NCBI GenBank assembly: GCA_002633005.1
Contig: NMRA01000172.1
Location: 555,871 to 619,870 of the forward strand
Reading direction: 5' to 3'
Length of the DNA stretch: 64,000 nucleotides
Source of the DNA: Phoronis australis
Taxonomy: Eukaryota; Animalia; Phoronida
Part shown: positions 49,201 through 61,835 of the stretch, in pieces
Layout of the letters: each line of letters opens with the position of its first letter
Numbering within the stretch: the first letter of the stretch is position 1
Position numbers and translations under genes: made by a program
The notes under the pieces: model-generated
What the model was told of the DNA's origin: nothing
Databases searched by the model: none
The model's input: the letters and a program-made list of their open reading frames with translations, nothing else

Positions 49201-52200
49201 TTGTGGGGATCATAATTATGCCCTTCTACTGTAGATGGTCCACTGGTGGTCACAGATCACCCTGCCTTTCTTATGAAACTGTACTCGCACGACTTCTGTT
49301 GGGTAGGGAGTGAAATGCCATCTGGCTGGTTTTACATGTGAATCTTACTCCACCACACTGATTCAGGGAGGGATTTTTAGCTGAGATCCAAAAAGCCTCC
49401 TTTACACCGCGCTCAAACCAGTTCTCTCTTTCGATGATTTTACCAATCTGTCCCACTGAGATGTTTATAAACCCCTTTCACATGGTGGTCTCTTACTTTG
49501 TCAGCCCACTTTGTGAACACACTATGTCATCTGTCAGTCGTTTGGAATTTGTTGTTTCTTATTTTCAAAAGATGAGTAATCTGCTATTTGATTCAGAACT
49601 AATATTGCTGTATCCCTGCATACATACTTGGTTGTATGTCTGATATCAGCCGTTTGAGGGCTACTGTTGCTGTCACTCAACAAACCAGAAATCTGTTATG
49701 TGAAATTTAGGATTGCGATGTATGCATATCTGGGTTATCTGGGTGCAGAGTCCATGTCATAACATATTGGGCACACCCATATATGCTCAGTCCTCCACCT
49801 CAGAAGCTCGCGCAGAACACCTTGACTAATTGCTCCAGTAAGGTTCTGATTATGGATTTTCCGCCACATTCCTCTTATTGTAGACTTTGATGCAGTCCCC
49901 TTGTCTACACCGAACTGTCGCAATCTTTCAACTGTTTCCCCAGTTTCCTCCTCCCTCTTCTCATCCAGAGCAGTAAGCACCTCTGCCTCACTCATCTCCA
50001 ATGGTCCACCCATATTGCCCAATCCCGCAAGTTTGTCGGTACTTTCGTTACCGACAACTCCTGCATGACCCGGTGAAAAAATCCAGACAATGGATTCCAG
50101 GTGGCTCCGCCGAATGAACTGTATCCATGTGGGTTTTAGGAGGCCTTGCTTTATTTTGCGCAACATGCTTTGTGAGTCTGTCACAATGGCTGCCCCTGTG
50201 AATTGTTGCGAGCATAGCCAAGTTAGTGCAGCAGTTGCGGCATCTTCTTCCATGCGCATACTAGATGTTGTCTGTATGCCTGACTTTCCTCGGCGATTAC
50301 CCTCCCATTCACTCTTGCTCAGAAGGCCCAGCTGGATCTTACCCCTCTAATAACAGAGCCGTCTGTAATTAAGATAACAGCGTTATCGTCCTTGGTGTCT
50401 TCCTATATCAAAGCCTCGACTTCTGCGTTGACTGCCACTGGTGCCTGCTTCCTGCATTCTCTCCCGAGGGTTATCAATGTACTTTTCTCTTTCTTCTGTA
50501 TTTTGTTGTAACACTCTTCCATCCTGGCCCCATTCTGGAATTTTCTAGTTCACAAACTGTGCTTGTAGTTTCTTCAGCTGCTGCCAGCCAGGATTTCCGT
50601 CTTTTGATTCTTCCACCCTTAGGTTTCCCCAGTTCTTCGTAGAGGGGGTGCCCTTTGTCACTTGCTACTTTGAACATTGCTTTTACTGGTGCCTACCTGT
50701 GGCGTTCTGAAATGCTGGGTAATCCAAGCAGGTATCTCATGGCTGCAACTGATGTGTCTCTGGTGCAACCCAAGACGGCCCTCATTCCTTCGTTTTGTAT
50801 TTTCACAAGCTTGTTCAGTTGCGTCTTGGACAAGGTTGTTAGTCCGAGCCCATAATCTATTACTGATAGCACAACTCCCTTGAAGAGGGTGTAAACCATG
50901 CATTGTTCGTGCTGCATTGACGCCATCATCTTAACTGCCGACAGTCACCGAGCGCATCTTAAGGTTACATTTTCGACATGGTTCTTGAAGCTGAGTGTTC
51001 TGTCGAAAGTTATGCCCAGATACTTCAAGGATGTCACACGTTCGGTCTGTTTATATGAAGATTAGGGAGTTACTTTCTAACGATGTGGTTGTCTAGTGAA
51101 CACCTAACCGCTTTCGCTTTTTTGGGATTTATTACAGCCCCTGTCTCAGTGCACCATTGATCTACCTCCTGGAGTGTATCTTGCAGATCCTGCACCAACC
51201 TCTCTTTGTCCCTGCCTGCTGTGTATGTAAGCACCTCTTCCGCAAAGGTTAACATGCATCTGTTTGGGACCTCTTGTGTCGTGAGGGGGGGCGTATATAC
51301 ATTGTATAATGCAGGTGACAGTGGGGATCCCTGCGGTAACCCCGGCATAATTTTCTATAACTTGCCTTTGTGCTTGACAAATATGTTTTTCAGTCAACAA
51401 ACAAAACTCTGATTATGAAATACAAATTAGATCTGTTTATCAGAATATTCAAGTGACCTACCATTGTTGAACAGTACCCTGAATGCATTCAGTTGCGTCA
51501 CCTTGTTAATTTGGAGTTTCTCATTCACCAGTGTCTGTCTATCTGCCTCATTTACATAAATGACATTTGATCTCAGGTTATGGACAGGACAAGGGAGGCA
51601 TAGTGAGTCAGCTACACAATAGTCACCCCACAGAGCCTTTAACTGTAATCTACATGGAGACTATACCATGGTTCATCAGAATGTTCATACATACACTGAA
51701 GATCCAGAACAATGACACTTTGTTGACACCCTGTGAGTACATGTATCTCTTTACGTGTCATGTTATGCTTTGTTTGTTAAAGGTAAATGCTGGATTGTTC
51801 AGTGTTTGGCAAACATAATATACGAACTTAAAATGTAGCTCATGCTGTCGTTTTTCAAAGCCAGATGATGACATAATAATCTGCAACCTACTGTTAATGA
51901 TGTTTGTTTAATGAGCAGTGTTGATCTGCAGCAGGAATGTGCCTTATGTGTTGACAAACCTTGGGGATTTAGTCCTTTGTCCAGCACATTTCATAAAGAA
52001 TTTGTTTAGCTTTTATGTATTGTTGAATTACGTGTCTGCGGTTCTACTGTCTGGACTCAAATTTTCATCATTTTTAACGAGAAACTGTATTTTGATAGGT
52101 TTCCCATGTGTTTCCATTGCAGCTAAGTTCCACTATGTGCCTGGCAAGGATCGCCAACGCATGTTCTACCTAGAGTTGGTCATTAGCCTACCACCGAACT

Positions 52201-53219
52201 CTGTCACCACTGTTAGCTTTGAGTTTGAGCGAGCGTTCCTTAAGTGGACTGAGTACCCCCCTGATGCCAACCACGGGTTTTACGTAAACTCAGCTGTGTT
52301 GTCGGCATTGATCCCTAGTGGGCAGCACATTACTGGGCCACCACAGTCCAGTTCAAGGATGGCCTTTAGGTAAGTTTTGCAAATGTGTTACTGGACTTTG
52401 ATTCCATATTTGGGATTTTGTTTTGTTGTAGACAGTTGAGTTTACAAAATTCCGGTATCAATAATTTCTTGGCTTTTATTTGTTAAAATTATGTGCTCGA
52501 CTTGCTTTTATATCTGAAGCATGATACCGCACACAGTTGACCAAACATTTTGGTATAACGGCTTTGGTTCTAGTACACCTAGTATAAAATTACTGGTTGT
52601 TGTTTTTGGTGTTAAATGGAAAAGTATGCAGCATATAAAATAGCTGATGGTCAACATTTTTGTTTGTAAGAATGGTGCTTATTTTTTCTTTTTACATTGT
52701 TAATATCCTTATTAATAGCCCTAGCTTATCATACCATCTCCAATCTCAGACACTTACGCGGTCCCCTCAATGGTCATCAAAATCATAACCGCTGTCAGTT
52801 ATTGCTGAATACGACCTGGATCCTGAATCATAGTCACTGTTTGGAGCTGATTTCTGAGTATGTTGCCTAACGTAGGTGATTGTCCGTTTATCTATCGTTT
52901 CAGCCTGACTGACCCATCGTCGGCATTCTTTGTTCGGCTCCACACAGAATCTCTGTTAGTCAGCTTGCCAACTCCAGATTTCAGCATGCCCTACAATGTG
53001 ATCTGTCTGGCCTGCACAGTTGTTGCTATAGCCTTCGGCTCGCTGCATAACGTTACGGCACGCAGCTTCAAATTGAGTGATCCTAATGAACGGAAAGGAA
53101 TGGTAGCCAAGGTGAAGCAGTTCCTGGAGAAGTTGAGGGGGCAGAAGAAAGTTGAGGTGGAGAATGAAAGTACTGATACTGGTGCCAGTGTTGAAACCGA
53201 GGAGAAGAAATCAAGGTGA
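43213..53219 (+). CDS. PIGT: GPI transamidase component PIG-T (Gpi16), 10 exons
   Basis: Phase-consistent GT-AG exons: 43213-43393, 45061-45238, 45682-45919, 46307-46393, 47888-47978, 48438-48532, 48921-49125, 51577-51732, 52123-52369, 52904-53219. Motifs: [74 protein letters not shown] plus TM, and C-terminal KKSR. Confidence 0.96.
44455..44725 (-). mobile_element. Family A repeat in PIGT intron 1
   Basis: Homologous to 42740-42886. It ends GGCCATTTTTACACTGCGC, the reverse complement of the family 5' end. Confidence 0.6.
46466..47672. mobile_element. ~1.2-kb non-autonomous DNA transposon remnant in PIGT intron 4
   Basis: Perfect 13-bp TIR ACAGACCTGTGTA...TACACAGGTCTGT that extends imperfectly to about 30 bp. 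No clear TSD or ORF. Confidence 0.55.
49150..49456 (-). mobile_element. Penelope-like element remnant (GIY-YIG endonuclease C-terminus)
   Basis: [27 protein letters not shown] matches the [10 protein letters not shown]..PSLNRxGG signature of PLE GIY-YIG domains. Confidence 0.75.
49619..51348 (-). mobile_element. 5'-truncated RNase H-containing LINE (I group: I/Nimb/Ingi-like), decayed, in PIGT intron 7
   Basis: RT motifs [19 protein letters not shown] (degenerate FADD) and [13 protein letters not shown]. RNase H motifs ITDGSV, IVTDSQS and [17 protein letters not shown]. Short (GTAT)n-like tail and multiple frameshifts. Confidence 0.9.
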
Positions 53220-54191
53220 TAGCTTTTTTGTTTTATTTCGAAACTGTTCAGTGTTCAGTAGTGTCGAAGAGTTTTGTGAAGTGAGGTCAGTAGTGGGACG
53301 ATGGATGCCAACTACATTCACTCCCTCTATTGGCATTTTACATTTTGTGCTTTGGCTGACTTGTTCAGTGCATCTTATTTTTTATGCCTCTCATATATTT
53401 CTGTAATAGAGCAATAGAGACACCTTCTTTTTCTTGTATCACTTATTGGTCAGGTTGGTCATTAAAATGTTCTCATTTCACGCATAACATCTTTTTAAAT
53501 CAATGATATGCTTAGCCTTTCTTTGATATGTATGAAATGAATGTGAAAAAACAATCTTTGAAGTGAATTGGACCATACTTTGAGAAACATTTGAACTATC
53601 TCTACGAGTGTTGCTCCAGTCCATGTATTTCTGCAAAATGACAACAGCTAGTTGTGCAAGTTCATTCACAATTCAACAGTTAGCTGCTAGGCGCAATAAC
53701 GTCACTTTCGACTTTGTCCGAGTTCTACAAACATGCCATTTTATTGTGATTAAACTGCTAGACAATTTTGGCTAGAAATTTGTCGAAGTGTAGCAGAGCT
53801 CTGCCGAAGTCGGTCTAGTTTATTTTGAAAGCATCATGCTGTAACTGTATTTTAGTATGTTGTCTTGTTCGTATCTTGTAAACTCGTTATATTTTTCATT
53901 CAAAAGCCTCATCTTTGGTTTTGTCTGGAATGTAGTTTGGAAGTTTTTCATCACTAATTCGCATTCCAGATTTTACACATTATGTAAATGTACTAGGCTG
54001 CAGGTAGAGTTTCGTTCACTGCCTTGCTGACGTGATACATTCTGCTTTGCATCTGGTGTCTTTGACTTAACCTGGTTATCACTGAATTTGGATTTGAATG
54101 TGTTGTCATGAGATAGTGAACTGTTTTGTTAAGTTTTGTAATAAAATATTTGTTACTTATTAATTTGAACACACGATAATGTTTGGTTATC

Positions 54192-55174
54192 ATTATCATC
54201 TCAGCCCACACAGGTCATGGGTGGGGGCATATTGGTGTCATCTCTGTCCTGGCGTCTGGCAATCGGGGGTGCATTTTCTGCCGTCTGATGTTGTATCTCA
54301 GTACTAACGTCCATGAAAGGTTTTTGTGAGATTTGGCAGATGTGTTAAGCTGAGGACAAATTTTGGACTCACCTGATGCAACTATTACTGTGCCCCTGTA
54401 TTTTGGAATTTCCTCCAGGGAATTTCATGGAACTTGATTTGTTCTAAGGATACAATTATGCCTTCCCAGTTTCAGACGGATTTGACATTGCTGCGCCACC
54501 CAGTGGCCATTTTTTTAGATTTTAGAGTCCCTTTTTGGTGTCTACCTTTCTGTCTGCCAAAGTGCTTGAAAGATCACTATGAAAATTGTTAGGTGTGTTG
54601 CTGACAAAGAGACTTCAGCTGACGTTGATTTTCGGACAACTACTCTGGCGCCCCTTAGTAGTGTTTTTGTTTTTTGATCTGTGAAATTAGGCAGATGTTC
54701 CCTAAGGAGCTGACAATGGATGATGTTCAATTTGAGGCCAGCGTGACTACTGTTGTGCTACCTTATAACAATTTTCTTTGTATCTTTGAAATTCATTGAC
54801 AATTTTAAAAAATTTGGCTAATAGATTGCTATTAAGGATATTAAGGAGTCATGGTGCCTTTTCGTTATTGAATTAATTTGACGCATGCGCCTCTTGTACC
54901 CATTTATATTATTGTAAGTCCGTTTTCTAGGGTCTGCCAAACCACTCAAGGATCACTATGTGTTCCAGATGAGAAGACCATGGCAGACATTGATTTTCGG
55001 CCAGGTCTGACAACTGTGACGCCGTGCCCCCTCTAGTGGCTCAGTTGTTTTTGCATCCACACTTGCACCTCCTTAGTTCCTAACAGGAAGTTTTGATGAA
55101 GTTTGGTAAATGGTTTTGTCAGTATTCGAAAGACAGGGTCGCAGTCGTGGGCACCTTTCAATGCTCTCTATTGT
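54192..55174 (+). mobile_element. Possible Helentron-associated (DINE-1/HINE-like) interspersed element
   Basis: Begins ATTATC..CCCAC-hairpin-GTGGGGGCATATTGG..CTGTCC and has internal repeated GACATTG..GCGCCMCC..AGT modules. This is a resemblance in architecture only. Confidence 0.3.
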
Positions 55175-58100
55175 TCATGTTTTGTGTTTTAATGAAAATT
55201 TGAAAGACTCTCCTGCATCAGCGCACCCAGCGGGAATTTCCGTAGTCGCTTGCGGTAACAACGGTTGGGAAGTCAGGGACCGGGATTATAAATACCTCGA
55301 CCAAACATCTAAATCCAATGCTTTGCCGGGTTCTTTTAGATTTGAATCGGTTAATACAACTATGGTGAGAAGTTTCAGTGCACCTCCAAAAATTAGTGAC
55401 CCACGGGGTCCTATTCATTCCGTCTATAGACCTACTCCTGGCTGCTGGCGCGATTTCTATCACAACATGACTTCCGAAGCCTTCTGATTCATTTAAATGC
55501 GACTTTTCAAACCTTAATAAAAGATGATTTTTCTTTGCCTTAGCCGTAGTTTTGTTGCCAAACGTTTGCAGTTCTTGAGTTTGGCATAGCCTGTAGTCGA
55601 GTAGATTCCCCTTGTTGTTGGAGAAACGGCTCGCTTTCGTAGGAACCTGTCGAGTTACACGGGGCACGCATATGTATCCAGGGTAACTGTCCAGGTTTTT
55701 GGCTAAATTAGTCGAAAGCCAACAAATCATATTCTATCGAGAGTGACCCCATTAACAGAGGTGTATTCTGTTTTATCAAATTACGCTTCAGATCTTATCT
55801 GCAACTTCAAACTGTCCAGCTTATAATGAAAAATGTAATCGCGTAGTTTCTGATAACGTGCTATCTTCTTCGAAAGTTACCAATTGTTTAATTTCCAAGA
55901 AATGTGTCACGGGAATAACCGGCAACCTCCTAGAATACAGTCGGTCGAAGTTCAAGCGAATATTTCGAACATTAATTGGCTTGCATCTTGCAGAACCCGA
56001 AATTTGTGGAGGTACATGTTTACCAGCTGTTGCACTCACGTTTGCGAATTCCGGTGTTAATGGGGGTTTACTAAAATCATGTCGGAAGGAGTAATATTAT
56101 TGGCCGAAAGACTTGGTCGCCGTGTTGATGATGCGACATCTATGGGGTACAACGGTAGTAGCGTCGTTCCTGTTATTACCAGTGGAGGCCTTGTGCTAAT
56201 ACAGCAATTGTCACAGAACAGCGTAACTGGGATGAATGACTTGAGAAAGATCTTGAAATCATTTAAGTGTGACATCCAGTGCTCTGGAGCAACGTGTGGG
56301 ATTTTGCTAACAGATGGCGCAATACATGTTGATCTTGATTGGAAACCTCCGTTTATTGATGGCATCTCGAGAATTGCCGTAGAAAACGCCAATGACAAAG
56401 ACATTGAAATAAAAATTAGACGTGCAATATTTCTGTTAAATCAAAGATGGAGAATTTTACATTAACGCTTTCGTGTTAACTTTAGCAGTGAAATATCTTG
56501 CAAGTTACGGTACTGTCACCAGAATACCAGGTGCCGTGGTGTCTGGCCTTGCAAATTTGCCAGTGGCATCTAATTGTACTGCTTAATAGATATTAACCGA
56601 TGCGATCGTGTACAATTGTCATGAGATTTGAAGTTCCACGGTGTGTACAGGTAACCCGACGCGGGCGATTTTTGTTGGCCCACGTACTATGTGGGTGAAT
56701 ATTGCTGATTTAGTGTTATCTTAATCTGCCTCCATTGGGCGTCTGACGTCCGCTTCTGTACCGGTCGTTCCTAAATTTTTAACAAAATCACTTGACATAG
56801 ATTTTACAAGATATCTTGCTTTGAAGCTGATGACAAGGTGATGACGAGTAATTCGGACCGATCTGTCTGCACATAACCTGCGATTGCCGTATACGGCTGC
56901 CACAAACGTTTACATGAAATCCAGCGTAACTTGGAGACAAGTTTCAGAAACTAAAAGTCCCATCCACACTGGCTTATTTACACACCTTGACCATTATAAG
57001 TGGTTACGCTGCGATTATTAAATGGCCTTTAATTTTGCCTTCGAGAGTTGCAAGTATTATGTTCACCGAGACATTTCGATCTGATTCATAGCACAAGAAA
57101 ACAATTTGGTTAAAAATTGAACGAACGATACCACAGCAGTGATCAATTAGCTGGTTTTGTACATGTTCGTGTGTCGCCGTCATTTTCACGTTTTGGACCG
57201 AGTCAAAAAAATCAAAATGCCGAATTAAAAACAATAATAATGATTAGGCCGCTGTAAATTGATAAGCACTTCGAAAATTCAAATACCTGACGATGGACCT
57301 TGCCAATCTTACCTTGTCAACTTCTCGGGAGCATATTAGTGCAACCGTTGTCGGAGCACACCAATTAGTCCAAACATACAATTTTGTAAAAAAAATATAT
57401 TTCGAGTGTTAAGTTACTCCCGTGATTACCCAAATCCGAGACCTGCAAAATTTTTTGAAGGTGTGACTGCATTTCTAGTGTGGGTCCAGATCGCGTCATA
57501 ATGGTGGCAGATAAATGTACATCATCACTAAACAACGGAATAGGGTCGGAAAGTGTGACGGTACCTTACTGGAGTGGTCCAGGGGATTCTACCACCGAAG
57601 ATCTTTTCCCTTGCCATTTTTCTGTGGAAATATATTATGTTAAAAGTGTTGAGCAGAAAATCAATCAAACGCTGTTTTAAAACAATGGAGGTTATTATGC
57701 TATTTTGCATGATTTTTAGATGCATTAGTTTCAGATTTTAAAAGTTATTTTTTAATTTTGCCGGCTAGTTCTAGGTAATGAAGCCACCGCCATTCTGTTT
57801 GTCTCCAGTTTGGCGTATTTGCTTGGGGTGTGACGTAATCACTTTCCATGAGTACATGTACAAAGAAAGGACAATTTGATTCTTAATTACGCGCTCACAG
57901 CGAGTACGGCACCTAGATGATATTATTGTATATAATCGGATTTTGATTTAAGAAATAAACATGTTTATGATAAAATTTTATGTTTTAGAGTGCAAGATCT
58001 ATAATCCGAATTTTTTTCTTAGACGGCAGTTTCGCAATCCAATTGCGGTGTCCTAAATTAATTTGCTCACTGCCATTTTGGCTAAGTATGTGTAGGTGCC

Positions 58101-59539
58101 CGGATGTGAAGCTACCTGAACAAAAGACCATCGGGCCTGTATGCAAAGCACCGGCGTAAAACCAAGTAACAAGTTTTTAAATTAGCGTGTGTGTGCGTGA
58201 ACGTTGGATTTTCTGTTACTATGGTAAATCGAAGACATTGACGGGTTTCCCACTTTCAAAAGAATAACTAATACTCCATGAAAAGTTCAATAAACCACGC
58301 CTTCTGCAAAAAACAGATTTTAATTCAAGCCACACATACATGTAAGGCAGTGTACACGTTTTGATTTCAGCCACTCACCATTATCAAAGTGTTCTTATCT
58401 TCTTAGTTATTCAGTAAGCTTGGAAACAACTGAGAGATCGTTATTTCTTAAGACCAAACTCACAAAATTTCAGGTCAAAACGTCACTTGAACTTTTTTGA
58501 GAAGGATTTATCAAATCAGCGGTGAACTGTATGAACAACAATGTAAGTCAAATAAATACGTTACGTTACTGGACCTTATGATTAAGTATATTTTGCGACA
58601 AAAACAGTTCCATATAGTAAATAATTTTTTCAGGTTGCCGCAATACCCACAAATTCGTGCTAGAATATAGTTCATTTAGCATTTTGCAATCGCAGTTGAT
58701 AACAATAGTTTGCTTGAAAGTTAATTAAATTAATAGCTTTCAGTCTACTGATAGGGTCATTCCACCACTCCAAGTTATGCAAAAACTAATAATTATTGTC
58801 AATATAAATGTAAAATTGCTTCGTCCTTTTGCTCACAGAAAAAAGCACAAAGGCGACTGACACAAGTTGACAACCTCAACTTAACGCTAATCAGAGTTTG
58901 TACCAATTAAACTATGGTTAATGAGAAATCGAAGTTATCAAGAGTCTAGCATCAGAAATACTACAGTAAATTTTATAATAGTTATTTTTTACAAAATTGT
59001 GTATCATCAACCACTTTGTTTACCTCAGTCTGAAGAAATAACGAAGTAATTTCTTGCGCAGCCCTGAAATCACCTCTAAGTTGACTTAGAAACAACTCGA
59101 AAACCAAATTGTCTAAATCAAAAGTTGTTGTTTGTGAAGAGGGTTTAGCTAATTTAACGACTAGAAGCGGTTTCATCTTCATTTCTCCTTGCTTATATTA
59201 GAACTGATGTCTTGGCTTGAGAAAATTGACACTCGTTGAAGAAGCTCCACGCGGGGTTCTCTTGTACAAACGCTGTATCTGGTCGATCGGAAAAAGACAA
59301 CTGAAACAATACCAACTGAGGAAACCCCTTCTTATTTGTCCCCCTATGACGGTAGTAGGAATTAGTGTGACCCTTCCGAGCCATTATCTTATCCGAGATG
59401 GCGGCACCTCGATCGAGAGCTTCGGCTACATGTTATACACGAACGTGTGAATCACCAAAAGTCAAGGTTCACGCTTTCGCGAGCGATATCTTCCAACAGA
59501 GAGCTATGTCACCAGAGGTCACAGCAGAGGTTTGCAGGT

Positions 59540-59700
59540 GTGGAAACTGCGCGGTGAACACCATAAAATGAAAGTTTATCTAGCAGGTCACCATGGTCTA
59601 CTGTGTCGAGGACTCTTGAAAAATCTAAAATTAGGGCTGTCGGGTTTATACCGTTATTCAGATGTCCGTTTATTGTGTCTGTGAGTTGCCACACAATCTT
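59540..59700 (-). mobile_element. Small LINE RT fragment (CR1/L2-like)
   Basis: LTDTINGHLN..TALILDFSRVLDTVDHGDLLDKLSFYGV is a degenerate D(L/F)SKAFDTVDH..LL.KL..YG motif. Confidence 0.7.
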
Positions 59701-59979
59701 GAACATCTTAGTTAAACTGCTCATGCACAAGGTCCGGGACAGACGCCTGTGTGCGTCTAAAAGTGCAAAAGTGTTGGTCGCGGCATGCATTTACATGTAT
59801 ATGCAGACCTTGAAAAATGCATCATCTCTTACAAAGGTCTAGGTTCATAGACCTAACTTACTGCACAAATTTAAAAGTGATGAAACAGTTTCAGAAAAAA
59901 ACAGAGGGAATGCACAAAAATCGCCGTATTGAATTACAAAATCCTTCCAAGCAAAACTACATGCCTTAGCTTCTTTAGA

Positions 59980-60103
59980 GTCAAGCAGAGTAGGTGTACA
60001 TCTCCACCATGTCAAGCAGAGTAGGTGTACATCTCCACCATGTCAAGCAGAGTAGGTGTACATCTCCACCATGTTAAGCAGAGCAAGCTTACATCTCCAC
60101 CAT
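59980..60103. repeat. 31-bp tandem repeat x4
   Basis: GTCAAGCAGAGTAGGTGTACATCTCCACCAT repeated, with the last unit degenerate. Confidence 0.93.
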
Positions 60104-61234
60104 TTCCAATATGACGTTATTTTGATTATTTGGACAGAGTCGAGTAAAATAATTTAAGTGATAATAAGGATTTGCTCTTTAAATTTGTGATCGCCTTGAA
60201 AATTACTCCGAGCATATCAACCTGCCCAAGCTTAATCGTTCCTAAAATGCCCGTTTGACGTACGTTACGTGCAACCGTTTCCAGCGCACGTCGATCAATC
60301 CAAACGAACCTATTTGTAAAATGTGATGTTCCCTTGGTTACTTGAATGGTAAAAATAGGAAAAACTTGTCAGTGTGACATAACTGTGCATTTTTATTTCT
60401 ATTTCTGAGTCCAAGTCGTGTTATTAGAAATAAATGTGCACCAACAATTTATTCACAAAACTCCAATGTCCAATCGTCTCACTACAGTTTTGTTCTCGAG
60501 ACATTCAACAACTAGCCCAAAGTGGTTATTTCTTGTGTTGAAATGTTAACATACTATTTTTTCTCACATGACCTGAACGGTGTTACGACACAACTGGTTA
60601 ATAACACCATAGACACCGAGTACGTAATTTTTTTATACTAGATGGGCGAATCACAAAGTAGTGCAAATCAGAAATCCATACGCCTTACAGTTTATCCTCT
60701 GTAAAACACTAAAACAACCAAACGCACGCCAGCCAAACAATGCCGGAATTCCGAGGTAACAAGTTTATGATTTACAAATCGGGATGTCGCAACTGTACTT
60801 ACTCCCAGTCAGAAGAACATGCAAACAACTTCTTAAACGGACCCATCTTTGGCGGGAAATTCCGTATTCACGTTTATTCAAACGGAGACGAGCCCCAACT
60901 CAAGAAAGGCGGCGAGACTGTCTAGCTATGCTGTCTCAACGTCAATTCAGTGCTCGCAAGCTGGGAAGCCTTGCTGACTGTTATTTATAAACATTTTAGA
61001 TTTTAATATTACAACTTCAAAGACCGTGTATTGGATTTTAAATTGAATATTTGCTACGAAAGCTGAATACAATTTACAATTTTAGCCTAAAATAAAAGTC
61101 TTTACACAAAGTAACTGAATTACTTTACATTGCGCAAGCGTGTTTTCACAAAAGTTGTGTCATGTGGTTGAAAGTTTTAGACACGTCGCGTTTTTGGGCA
61201 AAAAGATTGTTTTATGGTTCATGTAAAAAAGCAA

Positions 61235-61370
61235 ATCCTACAATCATCTCAGATTCATAACATGGGCAAAACCTCTTGGAAATTTTGTCAAAATTCCTCG
61301 GCAAGCCTAGGGATTTTGACGAAATTTCCAAAAGGTTTTGCCCGTCATAAACCCGAGACTCGTGTAGGAT
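61235..61370. repeat. Foldback MITE-like palindrome
   Basis: ATCCTACA..GGGCAAAACCT.TTGGAAATTT.GTCAAAAT is mirrored by ATTTTGAC.AAATTTCCAA.AGGTTTTGCCC..TGTAGGAT. Confidence 0.75.
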
Positions 61371-61835
61371 TCTCTATCTTAGGCACATTAATGTAATATT
61401 GAACTGGTGATGATGCTGTCCTATTGCTGCTAGTATCCCGTACAAGTCTCATTGGGCTGCTGCTGCGGCATGAAGGCTATTACCTCATACAAGCAGATTA
61501 AAATTTCAATGCAAATTTAAGAAAAGTCGCCTCGTACTACTAAATTGACGTGATATGAGGCTCACGAGACGTGTTCTCCACGACGCAGTCTTCAATCGCT
61601 TGCAAACTCAACATTGGGGTTTGAGTCATTTCCACTATGGCCAAGATTAGAGAGGCAAGTAAATTCAGTGTTTGCCAAAGTGGTTTCCGCTCTTTCTCAA
61701 TACTATGGCCACTGGTTTGCGTCTGGGCATTTCAGCAATTCCCCAGCTTACACTTTCAAGATACACTGAAACTCTTCGGTCTTTACTATACACGCCTACG
61801 CACAAAACGTACATGTAAGTCCTCTATAAGTGACT

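Noticed and set aside
60740-60925. 61-aa ORF with protein-like composition
   Set aside because: Short, with no recognisable motif or splice partners.
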